The position numbers were made by a program, and so were the translations under genes. This document shows, piece after piece, positions 9,478-19,900 of a stretch of 64,000 nucleotides of DNA (positions are counted from its first letter, which is position 1; each line of letters starts with the position of its first letter). Origin of the DNA: a virus (Duplodnaviria > Caudoviricetes); IMG/VR virus record IMGVR_UViG_2706796519_000001, positions 6,271-70,270 of that record. One strand, given 5' to 3'. Below the pieces are notes generated by a model. The model searched no databases. It was not told where the DNA came from and saw nothing but the letters and a program-made list of their open reading frames with translations.

Positions 9478-10073
9478 CTTCCGTGCTTAGCCTCCTGTAC
9501 TCGTTGCCGTTCATCGTCGGCTTGGCGGTGGGTATGGCGGGCATGAAGGTCTATCAACACATTCAGTGCCGTGTGGCCGATGCCCATCACCCGCTGCCCG
9601 GCGGGCGGCGTCGGCATCCCGCACCGATCAGTCGCGTGTGGCTGGGGGGATTCCTGACCCTCGCCGTGCTCGGCTACGTGTTGCTGCTGGTCAGCAACAC
9701 CGAGGAGCGTTACAAGACTCTCAGCGAGGACGTCCGGCGCTGCCAGATCGAGTTCCAGCAGGCCTTGGTCGACCGGTCCAGGATCACCGGCGAGAACGAC
9801 GCCATTTTCCGCCAGCGGGGCGACCTGATGCAGGAGTACGGGCGGGCGACGTCGCTGTGGCTGAGCCAGCTGGTCAATCTCCCGCCGGACATCGCCGAAC
9901 TGCCGCAGAACGACCCTCGCGTCATCGCGTGGGGTCAGGCTGTGACGCAGGTTTACTCGCAGCACACCACCCGCATCAACGCCAAGCTCGACGCGACCTC
10001 CAAGCGACTAGAGGAACTGGAACAGGACCGTCACGACCATCCGCTGCCGCAGGCGACATGTGGAGTGAGGTGA
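9474..10073 (+). CDS. Membrane protein (2 TM plus coiled-coil)
   Basis: 199 aa, GTGA overlap with the upstream gene. Confidence 0.7.
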   Translation: MTSVLSLLYSLPFIVGLAVGMAGMKVYQHIQCRVADAHHPLPGGRRRHPAPISRVWLGGFLTLAVLGYVLLLVSNTEERYKTLSEDVRRCQIEFQQALVDRSRITGENDAIFRQRGDLMQEYGRATSLWLSQLVNLPPDIAELPQNDPRVIAWGQAVTQVYSQHTTRINAKLDATSKRLEELEQDRHDHPLPQATCGVR

Positions 10074-10315
10074 TCGCCGTCGTGGTGATCACGATGTCCC
10101 CGCCCCTCGCCGACGCTCCGACGATGCTGGTGTCCTCCGGCCCGTACCCGCTGGCCCCGTACGTCTCTTGCCGGGACGGCTACGTGGCCCCGAGCCTTGA
10201 CCAGTGCCCGACGATTCAGAAGCACACGACCGGCCCGCCCATACCTCCGATCGGCGGAGGTCCACGCCGTCGAGGCGGGCTGCTCGGTCTCGGCGGCGTC
10301 GGCGGTCTCCTGTGA
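10070..10315 (+). CDS. Small Pro/Gly-rich exported or membrane protein
   Basis: GTGA overlap with the upstream stop; hydrophobic N-terminus, two Cys residues. Confidence 0.55.
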   Translation: MIAVVVITMSPPLADAPTMLVSSGPYPLAPYVSCRDGYVAPSLDQCPTIQKHTTGPPIPPIGGGPRRRGGLLGLGGVGGLL

Positions 10316-10400
10316 TTGCACGCCGATCGAATACGGTGGTACCAGCCTCGGAGACCGACCCCGGCGCGTGCGCGCCACCGAACTAGAGGAGCAGGTCAGC

Positions 10401-11204
10401 ATGACCACCTTCCCGCTCGTCAAGGGCACGCGCCTCCGCGCCACCAAGGTCGACAGCTGCGGTAAGCCCATCGCTGGACCCCGCAACCGGCTCGTGACCT
10501 CCGGCTTCGTGACGCTGGGCCTGACCGCTGTGATGCGCGAGGCTCAGGACTTGACGCAGGACAACGCCGAGGGCAAGGAATGCGTCTCTGACCGCACCGC
10601 GCCCGAGCGTCGCTGGTACACCCCGGCGCTGGAACTCTGCAACGTCAACCCCGGCCTGATCACGATGTTCACCGGCTGGGAGAACCTGCTGGACGCGGAC
10701 GATGAGGTCATCGGCTTCCGCGACCAGAAGGAGATCGAGAGCGACTACGGCATCGCTCTTGAGGTCTGGACCTCGGGCAAGTCGGAGGACGACTGCGGCG
10801 ACATCCCCACGACCGACGCGGCGCTGCTCGACACAAGCTCGGGCCGCAAGTACGGGTATTTCCTGTTCGCGGGCACCGAGTGGACGCTGGGTGACATCAC
10901 GATCGGCGCGACCGTCGCGACCCTGACCCTGACGGGCCGGACCATCGCGATGCCCAACTGGGGCAAGGGTCCGTACAACGTGCAGGACGACGGCACCGGC
11001 ACCGCCTCGCGCCTGCTGGTCCCGACGTCCAAGAAGGAACACCTCACCGTGTTCCGTACCCCGATCGCTCCGCCGGAGCCGACCGAGGGCAGTCAGCCGG
11101 TGCCGCTGGCTACGTCGTCGGTGTTCACCGATCCCGACTTCTACTACGGCGGTCCGGCCTCCGAGCCGCCCGCCGACGTCGCGCCCGATCAGCCTGCGGC
11201 GTAA
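10401..11204 (+). CDS. Major tail (tube) protein
   Basis: ATG 10401 after GAGGAG; RLRATKVDSCG motif typical of actinophage tail tube proteins; followed by a hairpin. Confidence 0.85.
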   Translation: MTTFPLVKGTRLRATKVDSCGKPIAGPRNRLVTSGFVTLGLTAVMREAQDLTQDNAEGKECVSDRTAPERRWYTPALELCNVNPGLITMFTGWENLLDADDEVIGFRDQKEIESDYGIALEVWTSGKSEDDCGDIPTTDAALLDTSSGRKYGYFLFAGTEWTLGDITIGATVATLTLTGRTIAMPNWGKGPYNVQDDGTGTASRLLVPTSKKEHLTVFRTPIAPPEPTEGSQPVPLATSSVFTDPDFYYGGPASEPPADVAPDQPAA

Positions 11205-11230
11205 GATCACCTGATCAGCGAAGCCGTGTC

Positions 11231-11262
11231 GCGACCCTCGCCCCGACAAGGGCGGGGGTCGC
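11231..11262 (+). terminator. Hairpin terminator after the major tail gene
   Basis: gcgaccctcgccc / gggcgggggtcgc 13-bp stem with a short T tract downstream. Confidence 0.65.
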
Positions 11263-11286
11263 ACTCGTTTGAGATAGCCTGGCCGG

Positions 11287-12042
11287 GTGACCTTTGAGTG
11301 GCCCGTAGAGCGCAGCCTGCTCCCTGCGCTGCCGGAGCTGACCGACCCGCCGAGCGCGGAATACGTGCAGGCGCTCGCGGAGCGCAACGCGGCGGAGGCT
11401 CTGGCGATTCAGGTGCTCTGGGCTCTGAGCGGTCGACAGTTCGGTCTGCGGACGGTGACGGCTCGCCCGTGCCGGTCTCCGCTGCCGCACGAACAGTATG
11501 GCTACGGCGGCGTTATCGTCACCAGCTACGTCCTCAGCTGGGAGGGTAACTACTGGCGGTCGTTCCCGTGCGGATGCTCTGGCCCATGCCGCGAGACCGG
11601 CCCGAACATGGTCCACCTGCCCGGCCCGGTCGCCGAGGTGTCCCTGGTCGAGATCAACGGCGTCGCGCTCGACGTGGCGCAGTGGAAGCTGGAAGGCAAC
11701 GTGCTCTATCGGGTGACCGCGCCGTGGCCGACGCAAGACTTGAACCGCCCGCTCGGATCCAACGGCACCTGGGGCGTCACCTACAAGCTCGGGCTGCCCG
11801 TGCCCGGCGGCGTCGCGGAACTGACCGCGATCCTCGCCAAAGAGTTCCTGACCGCAATCGCGGGCGGAGGCAACTGCCGACTGCCGCGCACCGTCACGAC
11901 CGCCTCACGGCAGGGTGTCACGTACCGGGTGTACGACCCGGCGGTGATCTATGCCAATGGCAAAACCGGCCTCGCCGAGGTCGACATGTGGCTGGCCGCG
12001 ATCAACCCTCATCATCTCCTCGCCGCTCCGACGGTGCGCTGA
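11287..12042 (+). CDS. Head-to-tail adaptor
   Basis: 251 aa; LWALSGRQFG, TVRPC-like and CRLP motifs; position after the major tail gene; TAGCCT -10 lies 6 nt upstream. Confidence 0.75.
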   Translation: MTFEWPVERSLLPALPELTDPPSAEYVQALAERNAAEALAIQVLWALSGRQFGLRTVTARPCRSPLPHEQYGYGGVIVTSYVLSWEGNYWRSFPCGCSGPCRETGPNMVHLPGPVAEVSLVEINGVALDVAQWKLEGNVLYRVTAPWPTQDLNRPLGSNGTWGVTYKLGLPVPGGVAELTAILAKEFLTAIAGGGNCRLPRTVTTASRQGVTYRVYDPAVIYANGKTGLAEVDMWLAAINPHHLLAAPTVR

Positions 12043-12533
12043 TGGCCGACCCCGCAGCGCACGTCGTCGCGACCGTCATGCAGTCGATGAGCGAGGCCTT
12101 CACGGTCCCGCCCGCCGACCCGACCCCGGTGAGGTTCTTTGCCGGGGACGGTCCCGCCCTCGCCGCGTGGGACTCGCACGCGAGTCAAAGCTGCGACATA
12201 CCGTTCCTGTGGGTGCTGGCGCAGCGCCGGTACCGGTCTCAGACGTTCCCGGCTCCGACGATTGACACGACGCCGTGCGGGCTGAGCCGGGTGATTCAAC
12301 TGCAGGTCGGGGTGGGCCGGTGCGTGGACGTGTCCGAACTGCCTAGCTGGGACACCTACCTCGCCGAGGCGACCCGATCGCTCGGCGACTCGTACCGCAT
12401 CGAGCTGGCCCTTTGCAAGGCGGCGAAGTTGCTGACCGCCGACGGAATCGAGGCCGGAACCGACACCCTGCTGCCGTATGGTCCAGAGGGCGGCGTGGTC
12501 GCGTGGACCGGCGTCATTTACGCGAGTCTGTGA
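12042..12533 (+). CDS. Head-tail joining region protein (possible tail terminator)
   Basis: ATG overlaps the upstream TGA; call from synteny. Confidence 0.55.
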   Translation: MADPAAHVVATVMQSMSEAFTVPPADPTPVRFFAGDGPALAAWDSHASQSCDIPFLWVLAQRRYRSQTFPAPTIDTTPCGLSRVIQLQVGVGRCVDVSELPSWDTYLAEATRSLGDSYRIELALCKAAKLLTADGIEAGTDTLLPYGPEGGVVAWTGVIYASL

Positions 12534-12542
12534 GGAGTGGAC

Positions 12543-12875
12543 ATGGCCCAGATCACGATCGAGGGAAGCATCAGCCCGGCAGCGGGCCTCGCACGCGGCG
12601 AGCGCCGAACGGTCCAGGACACCCCTGATGTTCGTGCCTTTGTCGCGAAGGGGTTCGCGGTGATCGTGGATGAGCGCACAGAGACCGAGCGCGAGGTTGA
12701 CGAGCAGGCGGAGTTCGCCCGCGACGCGCTCGGCGTTCCGGCCCGAAACGCCAGCCGCGACGACTGGGCAGAGTTCCTGGCTCAGCACCCCGGCGGGTTC
12801 GTCACCGAGGGCAAGAACCGCGACCAGCTCATTGCCGAATGGGATGCCTGGGAGCCGACCGTAGCCGCTGAGTAA
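12543..12875 (+). CDS. Small virion-region protein with a helical C-terminal domain
   Basis: GAGGAG SD; 110 aa. Confidence 0.65.
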   Translation: MAQITIEGSISPAAGLARGERRTVQDTPDVRAFVAKGFAVIVDERTETEREVDEQAEFARDALGVPARNASRDDWAEFLAQHPGGFVTEGKNRDQLIAEWDAWEPTVAAE

Positions 12876-13291
12876 TGGCTCGGATCACCGCCCGCGTCGA
12901 GATCAACGAGGCCGGGCTGGAACAGCAGTCCGGCGTCATCCTCCGTCGGAAACATCGCTCGCTCACGCGCCAGATCGCGACCGAGGGACGGGTGCGCGTC
13001 CCGGTGCTCACCGGCAATCTCGGGCGCACGATCGGCGAGCTACCGCAGCGGTACCGCCCGTTCCACGTGGACGGCGGCGTCGAGGCGACCGCCGACTATG
13101 CGGCGGCGGTCCACGAAGGGTCTAGGCCTCACCGCATCGTCGCCCGCCGGGCGGAGGCGCTGCACTTCTGGTGGCACGGTCGCGAGATATTCCGCAAGTC
13201 GGTTTGGCATCCCGGCACTCGATCTCGCCCGTTCCTGCGGAACGCGGGCGAAGCGGTGATTGCTCGCGACCCGCACATCAGCCGGGTGTAG
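12875..13291 (+). CDS. HK97-gp10-like neck/tail completion protein
   Basis: TGNLGRTI...YAAAVHEGS...RPFL motifs. Confidence 0.65.
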   Translation: MARITARVEINEAGLEQQSGVILRRKHRSLTRQIATEGRVRVPVLTGNLGRTIGELPQRYRPFHVDGGVEATADYAAAVHEGSRPHRIVARRAEALHFWWHGREIFRKSVWHPGTRSRPFLRNAGEAVIARDPHISRV

Positions 13292-13344
13292 CCCGACGTC
13301 GGTGGTATCGTCGCCGCCGTAGGCCTCGGACCCTTGGGAGACTA

Positions 13345-13911
13345 ATGACCACGTTCAACGCTGACGGCACTCGGGAGAAGGCGCATTCGCTGCCCGAGGC
13401 GGAGCCGGACCCCTCGATTCAACTCGAACCGCCTGCTGATCTTGACGATGCGCTCGACGTCGAGACCGACGACACGGCCACCGTCATCGCCGATCTATCG
13501 ACCGACGCGGCGGATGATCCACGGGACACGGTGAAGGCGGAGGTGGTCGAGCCGGAAGCGGTGGGCACCGCGATCGCGCTATCACCTCGGCTCGACGTCT
13601 CGACCATCGAGAAGTGGGACCACGACTGGCTTGAGTTCAAGGGCGACAAGCTCGGCATCCGCGTCCCCACCCGGCAGGCGCTCGCCGCGTTCTCGCTCGC
13701 CTCGGGCAAGTACGTCGACATCGGCGTCAAGAACGACCTCACCGGCCTGTTCATCGCGCGGCATCTCTCGCCGGAGTCCTACGGTCGGGTGTTCTCGCGT
13801 CTGATGGACCCTGACGAGGAGGACTACACCGTGGACACCGTGGGCGAGCTATTCAACGCGATCGTCACGGCCTCGCTGCAGCCCGAGGACAAGGGCGACA
13901 AGCAGGGGTAA
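13345..13911 (+). CDS. Tail assembly chaperone
   Basis: ATG 13345 after GGGAG; directly upstream of the tape measure gene. Confidence 0.7.
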   Translation: MTTFNADGTREKAHSLPEAEPDPSIQLEPPADLDDALDVETDDTATVIADLSTDAADDPRDTVKAEVVEPEAVGTAIALSPRLDVSTIEKWDHDWLEFKGDKLGIRVPTRQALAAFSLASGKYVDIGVKNDLTGLFIARHLSPESYGRVFSRLMDPDEEDYTVDTVGELFNAIVTASLQPEDKGDKQG

Positions 13912-13939
13912 TCGCTACCCCGTGCGATAGCCTGACCGG

Positions 13940-16900
13940 GTGACCTCCGCCGGGAACATCAAGCTCGGCGTCGAAATCGACGCCAGCGACCTGAGCGCCC
14001 GACTGGGTGAGGCGGTGCGGCGCGCCATCGGTCCGGCGCTCGCGGAGGTGCAGCGGGAACTCAACAAGGTCCAGCGCGAGTACGAGCAGACGACACGCGC
14101 AGCCGACAAGTCGAGCACCGCGCAGACCGCCGGGGCCAAGACGGTCGCCGAGGCGGTCGAGAAGGTCGGCGAGCAGCAGACCAAGACAGCCGCCAAGACG
14201 AAGGCGGCGGGCGAGGTCACCACCCGGCAGATCAACGCCATCACCCGCGCGCTGACCAAGCAGACGGCGGCGTGGGAAGCGAACACCGCAGCCCGCCTCG
14301 GCAACGCTGCTGCTCCGGTCGGCGGTGGCCCGCCCCGAGGCGGAGGCGGCGGTGGACCTCCGCGCGGCGGCAGTCGCGGGTTCGGCGACCTGTTCACCGG
14401 GCAAGGCGGCGGCTCTCGATTCATCACCTCACCGGCAGGCATCAACCTCGGCGCGCTCGGCATCGGGTCTCTTCCCGCTGCGACGACGGCGGTGATGCAG
14501 GTTGTCGGCGCGGTCCAGCAGCTTGGGCAGGCCGGGCTCGCGCTGCCGGGTATTTACGGCGCGGCTGCCGCGTCGGTCGGTACCGCCATCATCGGGTTCA
14601 AGGGCATCGGCGACGCGGTGAAGGCACTCAACGAGGCCGCGAAGTCGGGTGACGCCAAGGATCTCGAAAAGGCCACCGAGGCGATGAAGGATCTGGACCC
14701 GGCGGCGGTCGCGGTCGCCAAGACGGTCTCGGGCCTCGTACGGGGTCCGCTGCTCGATCTGCAGAAGGCGACCGCCGGGCGGATGCTCAAGGGGTTCGAC
14801 TCCGAACTGCAGAACCTCGCCGACCGTGCGCTGCCTCGGGTCGGCGACGGCATCGGCAAGATCGCCGATAGCTGGAACGGCACGCTCAAGTCGCTGACCG
14901 GCTCGCTCGGCTCCGACCGCAACTTGGGCCTGATGGACCGGATTCTCGGCAACACGGCCAACGGCCAGAGCCGGATGAACAAGGCCATCGACCCGCTGGT
15001 CCACGCGATCGCGACGCTGACCGCTGGGGGCACGGACGTCCTGCCCCGGCTCGCTGACGGTCTCGCCGCCGGAGCGGAGCGGTTCGACAAGTGGATCACG
15101 AAGATCGACTCCGACGGTCGACTCAACAAGTGGATCAACGACGGCATCACCGGCCTGCACCAGTTGGCGGAGTCGGGCCTGAATCTCGTCAAGATCGTCA
15201 CCGACATCACGAAGGCCTCCGGCGCGGATCAGGGCGGGTTCCTCAAGTGGCTGTCCGACGCGACGACGCGGCTGCGGACGCTGACCAGTTCGGTCTCCGG
15301 CCAGAACGCGATGCGTGAGTTCTTCCGCGAGGGCAAGGAACAGGGCCAGCAGTGGCTCCCGATCTTGAAGAACCTCGGCGAGGTGCTGATCGAGGTCTAC
15401 CAGGCGAGCAAGACGTGGAGCGGCATCCTGCTCCCGTTCCTGCAGGTGACGACCGATCTGCTCACCTCGATGCCCGGCCTGCTGCACGCGGTGCTGGTCG
15501 GGTTCCTGGCGTGGAAAACAATCGGCGTGTTTAAGCCGATACTCTCCGGCCTCGACGGCATCGCGGGCGGTATCGACAAGGTGGCCGCGAAGGCGGGCAA
15601 GGGCGGCAAGCTCGGCGGTGTCCGCAACGCCATCGGCGCGCTCGGGTCGACCCGAGGCCTCGCCGGAGCGGGACTGCTCGCGGGCGGAACGATCACTCAG
15701 CTCACCTCCGACAAGAACGACGTCGCCAGCCAGCTGCTCGGCGCGGCGTCGACCATCGGTGGCGGTGCGTTGACGGGTGCCGCGATCGGCTCCGTCATCC
15801 CCGGCATCGGCACGGCTATCGGGGCCGGAGCGGGCGCGGCGGTCGGCACGGCTATCGCCGGTATCAACTACCTCCTCGCCGACAACAAGCGGGCACAGGA
15901 GGAGGCCGCTGCGGCGACCGAGAAGCTGGCAGCGGCGAACGAGCGCAGCCACCAGGCGATGGAGCTAAACGCTGCGGCTATCAAGGGCGTCAACGACGCG
16001 CTCGCGGAATCCGGCGGCAAGATCGACGCAGCTGCGATCGCGGGAATCGGCGACCAGATCAACAACATCCCCGACCGGCTCGCCGGAGCCTACGACGAGA
16101 ACACGCTCAAGGGCATCGCCTCCGCGCTCGGCGACGTTGGTATGACGACCGAGCAGATGGCTCAGACCATCACGGGTAGCCAGGGCCAGTTCGACGCGCT
16201 CACCGCCCGTCTCAATCAGATGGGTCCGGCGGGGCAGATCGCGGCGGCGCAGCTGGCCTCGATTCGCGACAACACGCTCGGCGCAGCGAGCAACGCGGCC
16301 ACGGCGGCTCCGCTGCTCCAACAGCTGTCCGACATGTTCGGCGGCATCGCTCAGGCCGGGGTCGGAGTCCAGAACGCGTTCGACGCGGTGCCCAAGGATG
16401 TGCCGGTCAACATCTCCGCGCCCGGCGGTCAGGCCGTGTTCGACATCTTGAAGCAGATCGGCGCGCAGATCGACGTCAACCGCGACGGCGAGATTCACCT
16501 GTCCGCTCCGCTCAGCCAGCAGGTGCTCGACCAGCTCAAGTCGCTCGGCGTGCAAATCCAGCAGAACCGCGACGGCACCATCAACGTTCAGATCAGCGAG
16601 CAGCAGTACCTCGACACGCTCAGCAAGCTCGGGTCGCTCGGCGACGCGTACAAGCAGCTGTTCGCGGGTACTCCGGCGCTGCCCAACGTGCCGGTCACCC
16701 CGCCTCCTCCGGCGCGTGCGCCGGGCCTGCCGGGTCTGTTGCTGCCGCCACACGGCGCGGACGGCATGGTGATTCCCGGCTACGCGCCGGGCCACGACGT
16801 CGTGAACGCTGTACTCGCGCCCGGCGAGGGCGTGCTGATCCCCGAGGCGGTGCGCGGCATCGGTGGTCCCTCGGGTGTCTACGCGCTCAACAGCAAGTTC

Positions 16901-19900
16901 CGCCGGGGACTGTCGACACGGTATTACGCCGACGGCGGCGTGGAGCCGCACCTCGGAACCGGCGCGCTGCCCGGCCCGCCTCCTGGGCCGGAGACCGAAC
17001 TGTCGGTGCTGATTCAGATCAGGGATTTGCTCGGCGGCAAGGGCGGTGCAGCGGCGAATCCGATCGCGGCGACCGCCTCCAACACGGCCACGGCTGCCAA
17101 GGCGGCGACCAACGCGACCGGCGGAGGCCTCGGCCCGTTCGGCACCCCGCTCAAGCAGCGCGGCGACCCGGCGTACGAGATGGCAGCGGCGGCAATCTCC
17201 GCGCTCGGCGGCGACCCCGAGAAGTGGATCGGCACCGACCCGACCCTGCAGGCGGCGACGTCGAGCGTGCTCCCCGGCGGCGTCCCGATGTCGATGGACT
17301 ACTCCAAGGCGATGGCCGCGTTGCAGGCCTTTGCCCGGTCCGGCGACCTCGGCGACGTTCAGGGCCTCGGCCTCAACGCCAACGATCCCGTCATCACCGC
17401 TCTCACCTCCGCCCGCAACAAAAAGAAGGGCGGGCTGTCTGACGACGAGATCGCCGGTCTGGTCGGGTCGACGCTCGGGCCGACCCCGTACGCGGGCACC
17501 CTCACCGAACAGAACAGCTCGCTCGTCAAGTCGCTGCAGCGGTATCGCGAGCAGCTGATGAAGCAGGCCGGTATCGACCCCAACACCGGCCTCGCACGCG
17601 GCAGCGCCTCGACGGCCAGCACGACCGGCGTCCCGATGACGGCTCTGCCGACGGGGGCGATGGACCCGATCAGCGCGTACGCGCAGCGGTTCTCCGGCGG
17701 CAAGTACGACTGGGGCGCGTCCGATCTCGCCAGCGGTCTGTCCGACTGCTCCGGCGCGGTCTCCGATCTAGTCGAGATCATCACGAAGGGTCAGGCGACG
17801 TCGGCCCGCCTGTTCAGCACCGCTGACGCGGGGTCGGTGTTGTCGGGCCTCGGCGCGGTCTCGGGCGCGGTGCCCGGTGCGCTGCAGATCGGATGGTCGG
17901 CGGAGCACATGCGGGCGACCCTGCCGAACGGGGTCAATTTCGAGTCCGGCGGCGGGACCGGCCAGGGTGCGACGTACGGCGGCAACGCCAAGGGCGCAGC
18001 CGGGATGCCGAACATCATGAGCCTGCCGATCAACGGCGTGCCGCTCGGGGCGGGATACACGGCCTCTATGGGGGCGGGCGGGCTGCCAGGTGCCGCCACG
18101 GGCGGCGCAACGCCGGTCTACGTCACCAACTGGCCGGGGCAGGGTCAAGGCGGCTTGGCGGGCCTCCTGGGCGGCAAAATGGCCGAAGCCGGTCTCGGAG
18201 CGGCGGGTGGAGCAGCAGCCAACGTCTCCGGCGACGTGCTCGGCGCGATCGGCGGTCTGGGCCAGGAGTCGTGGAACAAAGAGGGCGCGAGCTACGCCGC
18301 GCTCAACACTCTCGTCAAAGAGGGCAACCCGCTCGCCCTCGCGAAGGCTCTCGGTCTCAACGTCGAGGATTTCACCCGCGAGGGCGGCAACGCGGGCGAA
18401 CTAACCACCAACGACGGCTCCGGCTACGACGCGAGCGGACGTCTGTTCTCCGACACCGCCGGTCTCATCGACCGCACGTTCACCTCGCTCAACGCTCAGC
18501 TGCAGGCGATGCGGGACCAGATGGTCGACGTCATCGAGCAGACCAACGAGAAGCTGCAAGAATCCGCGCTCGAACCGATCGTCAAGAGCGGCGTGCAGTC
18601 CGCGCTCGAATCGCTCAAGGACTCCGTGTCCAACGCGATCGGTACCGCGATGGGCAACGCGGCGGCTCCGCCGATCGCCGACGCGGTGAGCAGCGCGGTC
18701 GCCTCGCTGCCCGTCGATAGCTCCGGCGCGGGCAGTACGGGCGGCGACCTCGCCAGCGGAATCACCGGCGCAGCGGGCAACCTGTTCGCGACCGGCGGGC
18801 CGGTCTACGGCGGCATCCCCGGCAAGGACTCCGTACCGGCGCTGCTCATGCCGAACGAGCACGTGTTCACCTCCGCTGAGGTTGCCCGCATGGGAGGCCA
18901 CGCGGCGGTCGAGCGGTTCCGGTCGGCGCTGATGACCGGCGGCGTGCGTCACTTCGCGACGGGCGGCGTGCGTCACTTCGCGACGGGCGGCGGCGTCATC
19001 GGCAACGACACCGTGGGCGCGGAGTTCTTTGGCGTCTCCGAGGTGCCGATCATCTCGACCATCGTCAACCTCCTCGTACGCGTGCTGCTCAAGGTGATCG
19101 GCGTCGAGATCGAGGTGCGCGACACGCTCAACGAGATGACCGACGACTTCCGTGGATTCCGTGGCGATGCGTTCAAGGCGTTCGACGCTCAGGGCCGGTT
19201 GCTCAACGACACCTCGGGCCTGATCGAGCGGTCGAGTTCGAGCGACGAGACCGCTGCCGCCGAGCGCATCCGCATCCTCAAGATCGTCATTCAGGCCATC
19301 ATCAAGTACCTGATCGAGAAGGTCATCGTTCCGATCGCCAAGGCGGTCGCCAACTCCGCAATTCAGGCCGGAGCGTCGGCAGCCGGAGCAGCGGTCAACA
19401 CGCAGGCACCCGGCGCGGGCGGCATCGTCGAGTCGCTCATCTCCTCGGCGGGTCAGGCGGGCGTCGACATCGCCGCCGAGGTTGGGACCGACTTCGCGCT
19501 GGCAATCTCTGAGACCCTGATCGACACGGTGTCCGAAGGCCTGCAGTCGACGTTCCCCGACCTCATGACGGGCATCTTCTCGGGCGGGGCGCTGGCCTCG
19601 ATCTTTGACCCGATCAGCGGCATTCTCGGATCCATCCTCGGCATCTTCACCGGGCTGCTCGGCGGAGGCGCGCTCGGCGGAGCGGCGACGATGATCCCCG
19701 GCGACAGCCTGTTCCCGTTCGATCAGGGCGGCATGGCTCAGGGCATCGGCTATCTGCCCAAGGCGACGATGGATGACGAGTTGGTGTTGTCGCCGGTCGA
19801 GACCGACTTGTTCAGCCGGTTCGTCTCCGCGCTCGAACGCGGCGGGTTCGGCTCCGGCGGCAACAAGACGGTCCATGCTCCAATTACAGTGATCGGTGGG

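Noticed and set aside
13345-13940. Canonical G/G-T frameshift just upstream of the tape measure gene
   Set aside because: Only 28 nt separate the stop from the tape measure start; no room for a T ORF and no slippery heptamer seen
14429-19876. Several long minus-strand ORFs (507, 328, 491 aa) opposite the tape measure gene
   Set aside because: Antisense shadows of a GC3-rich gene
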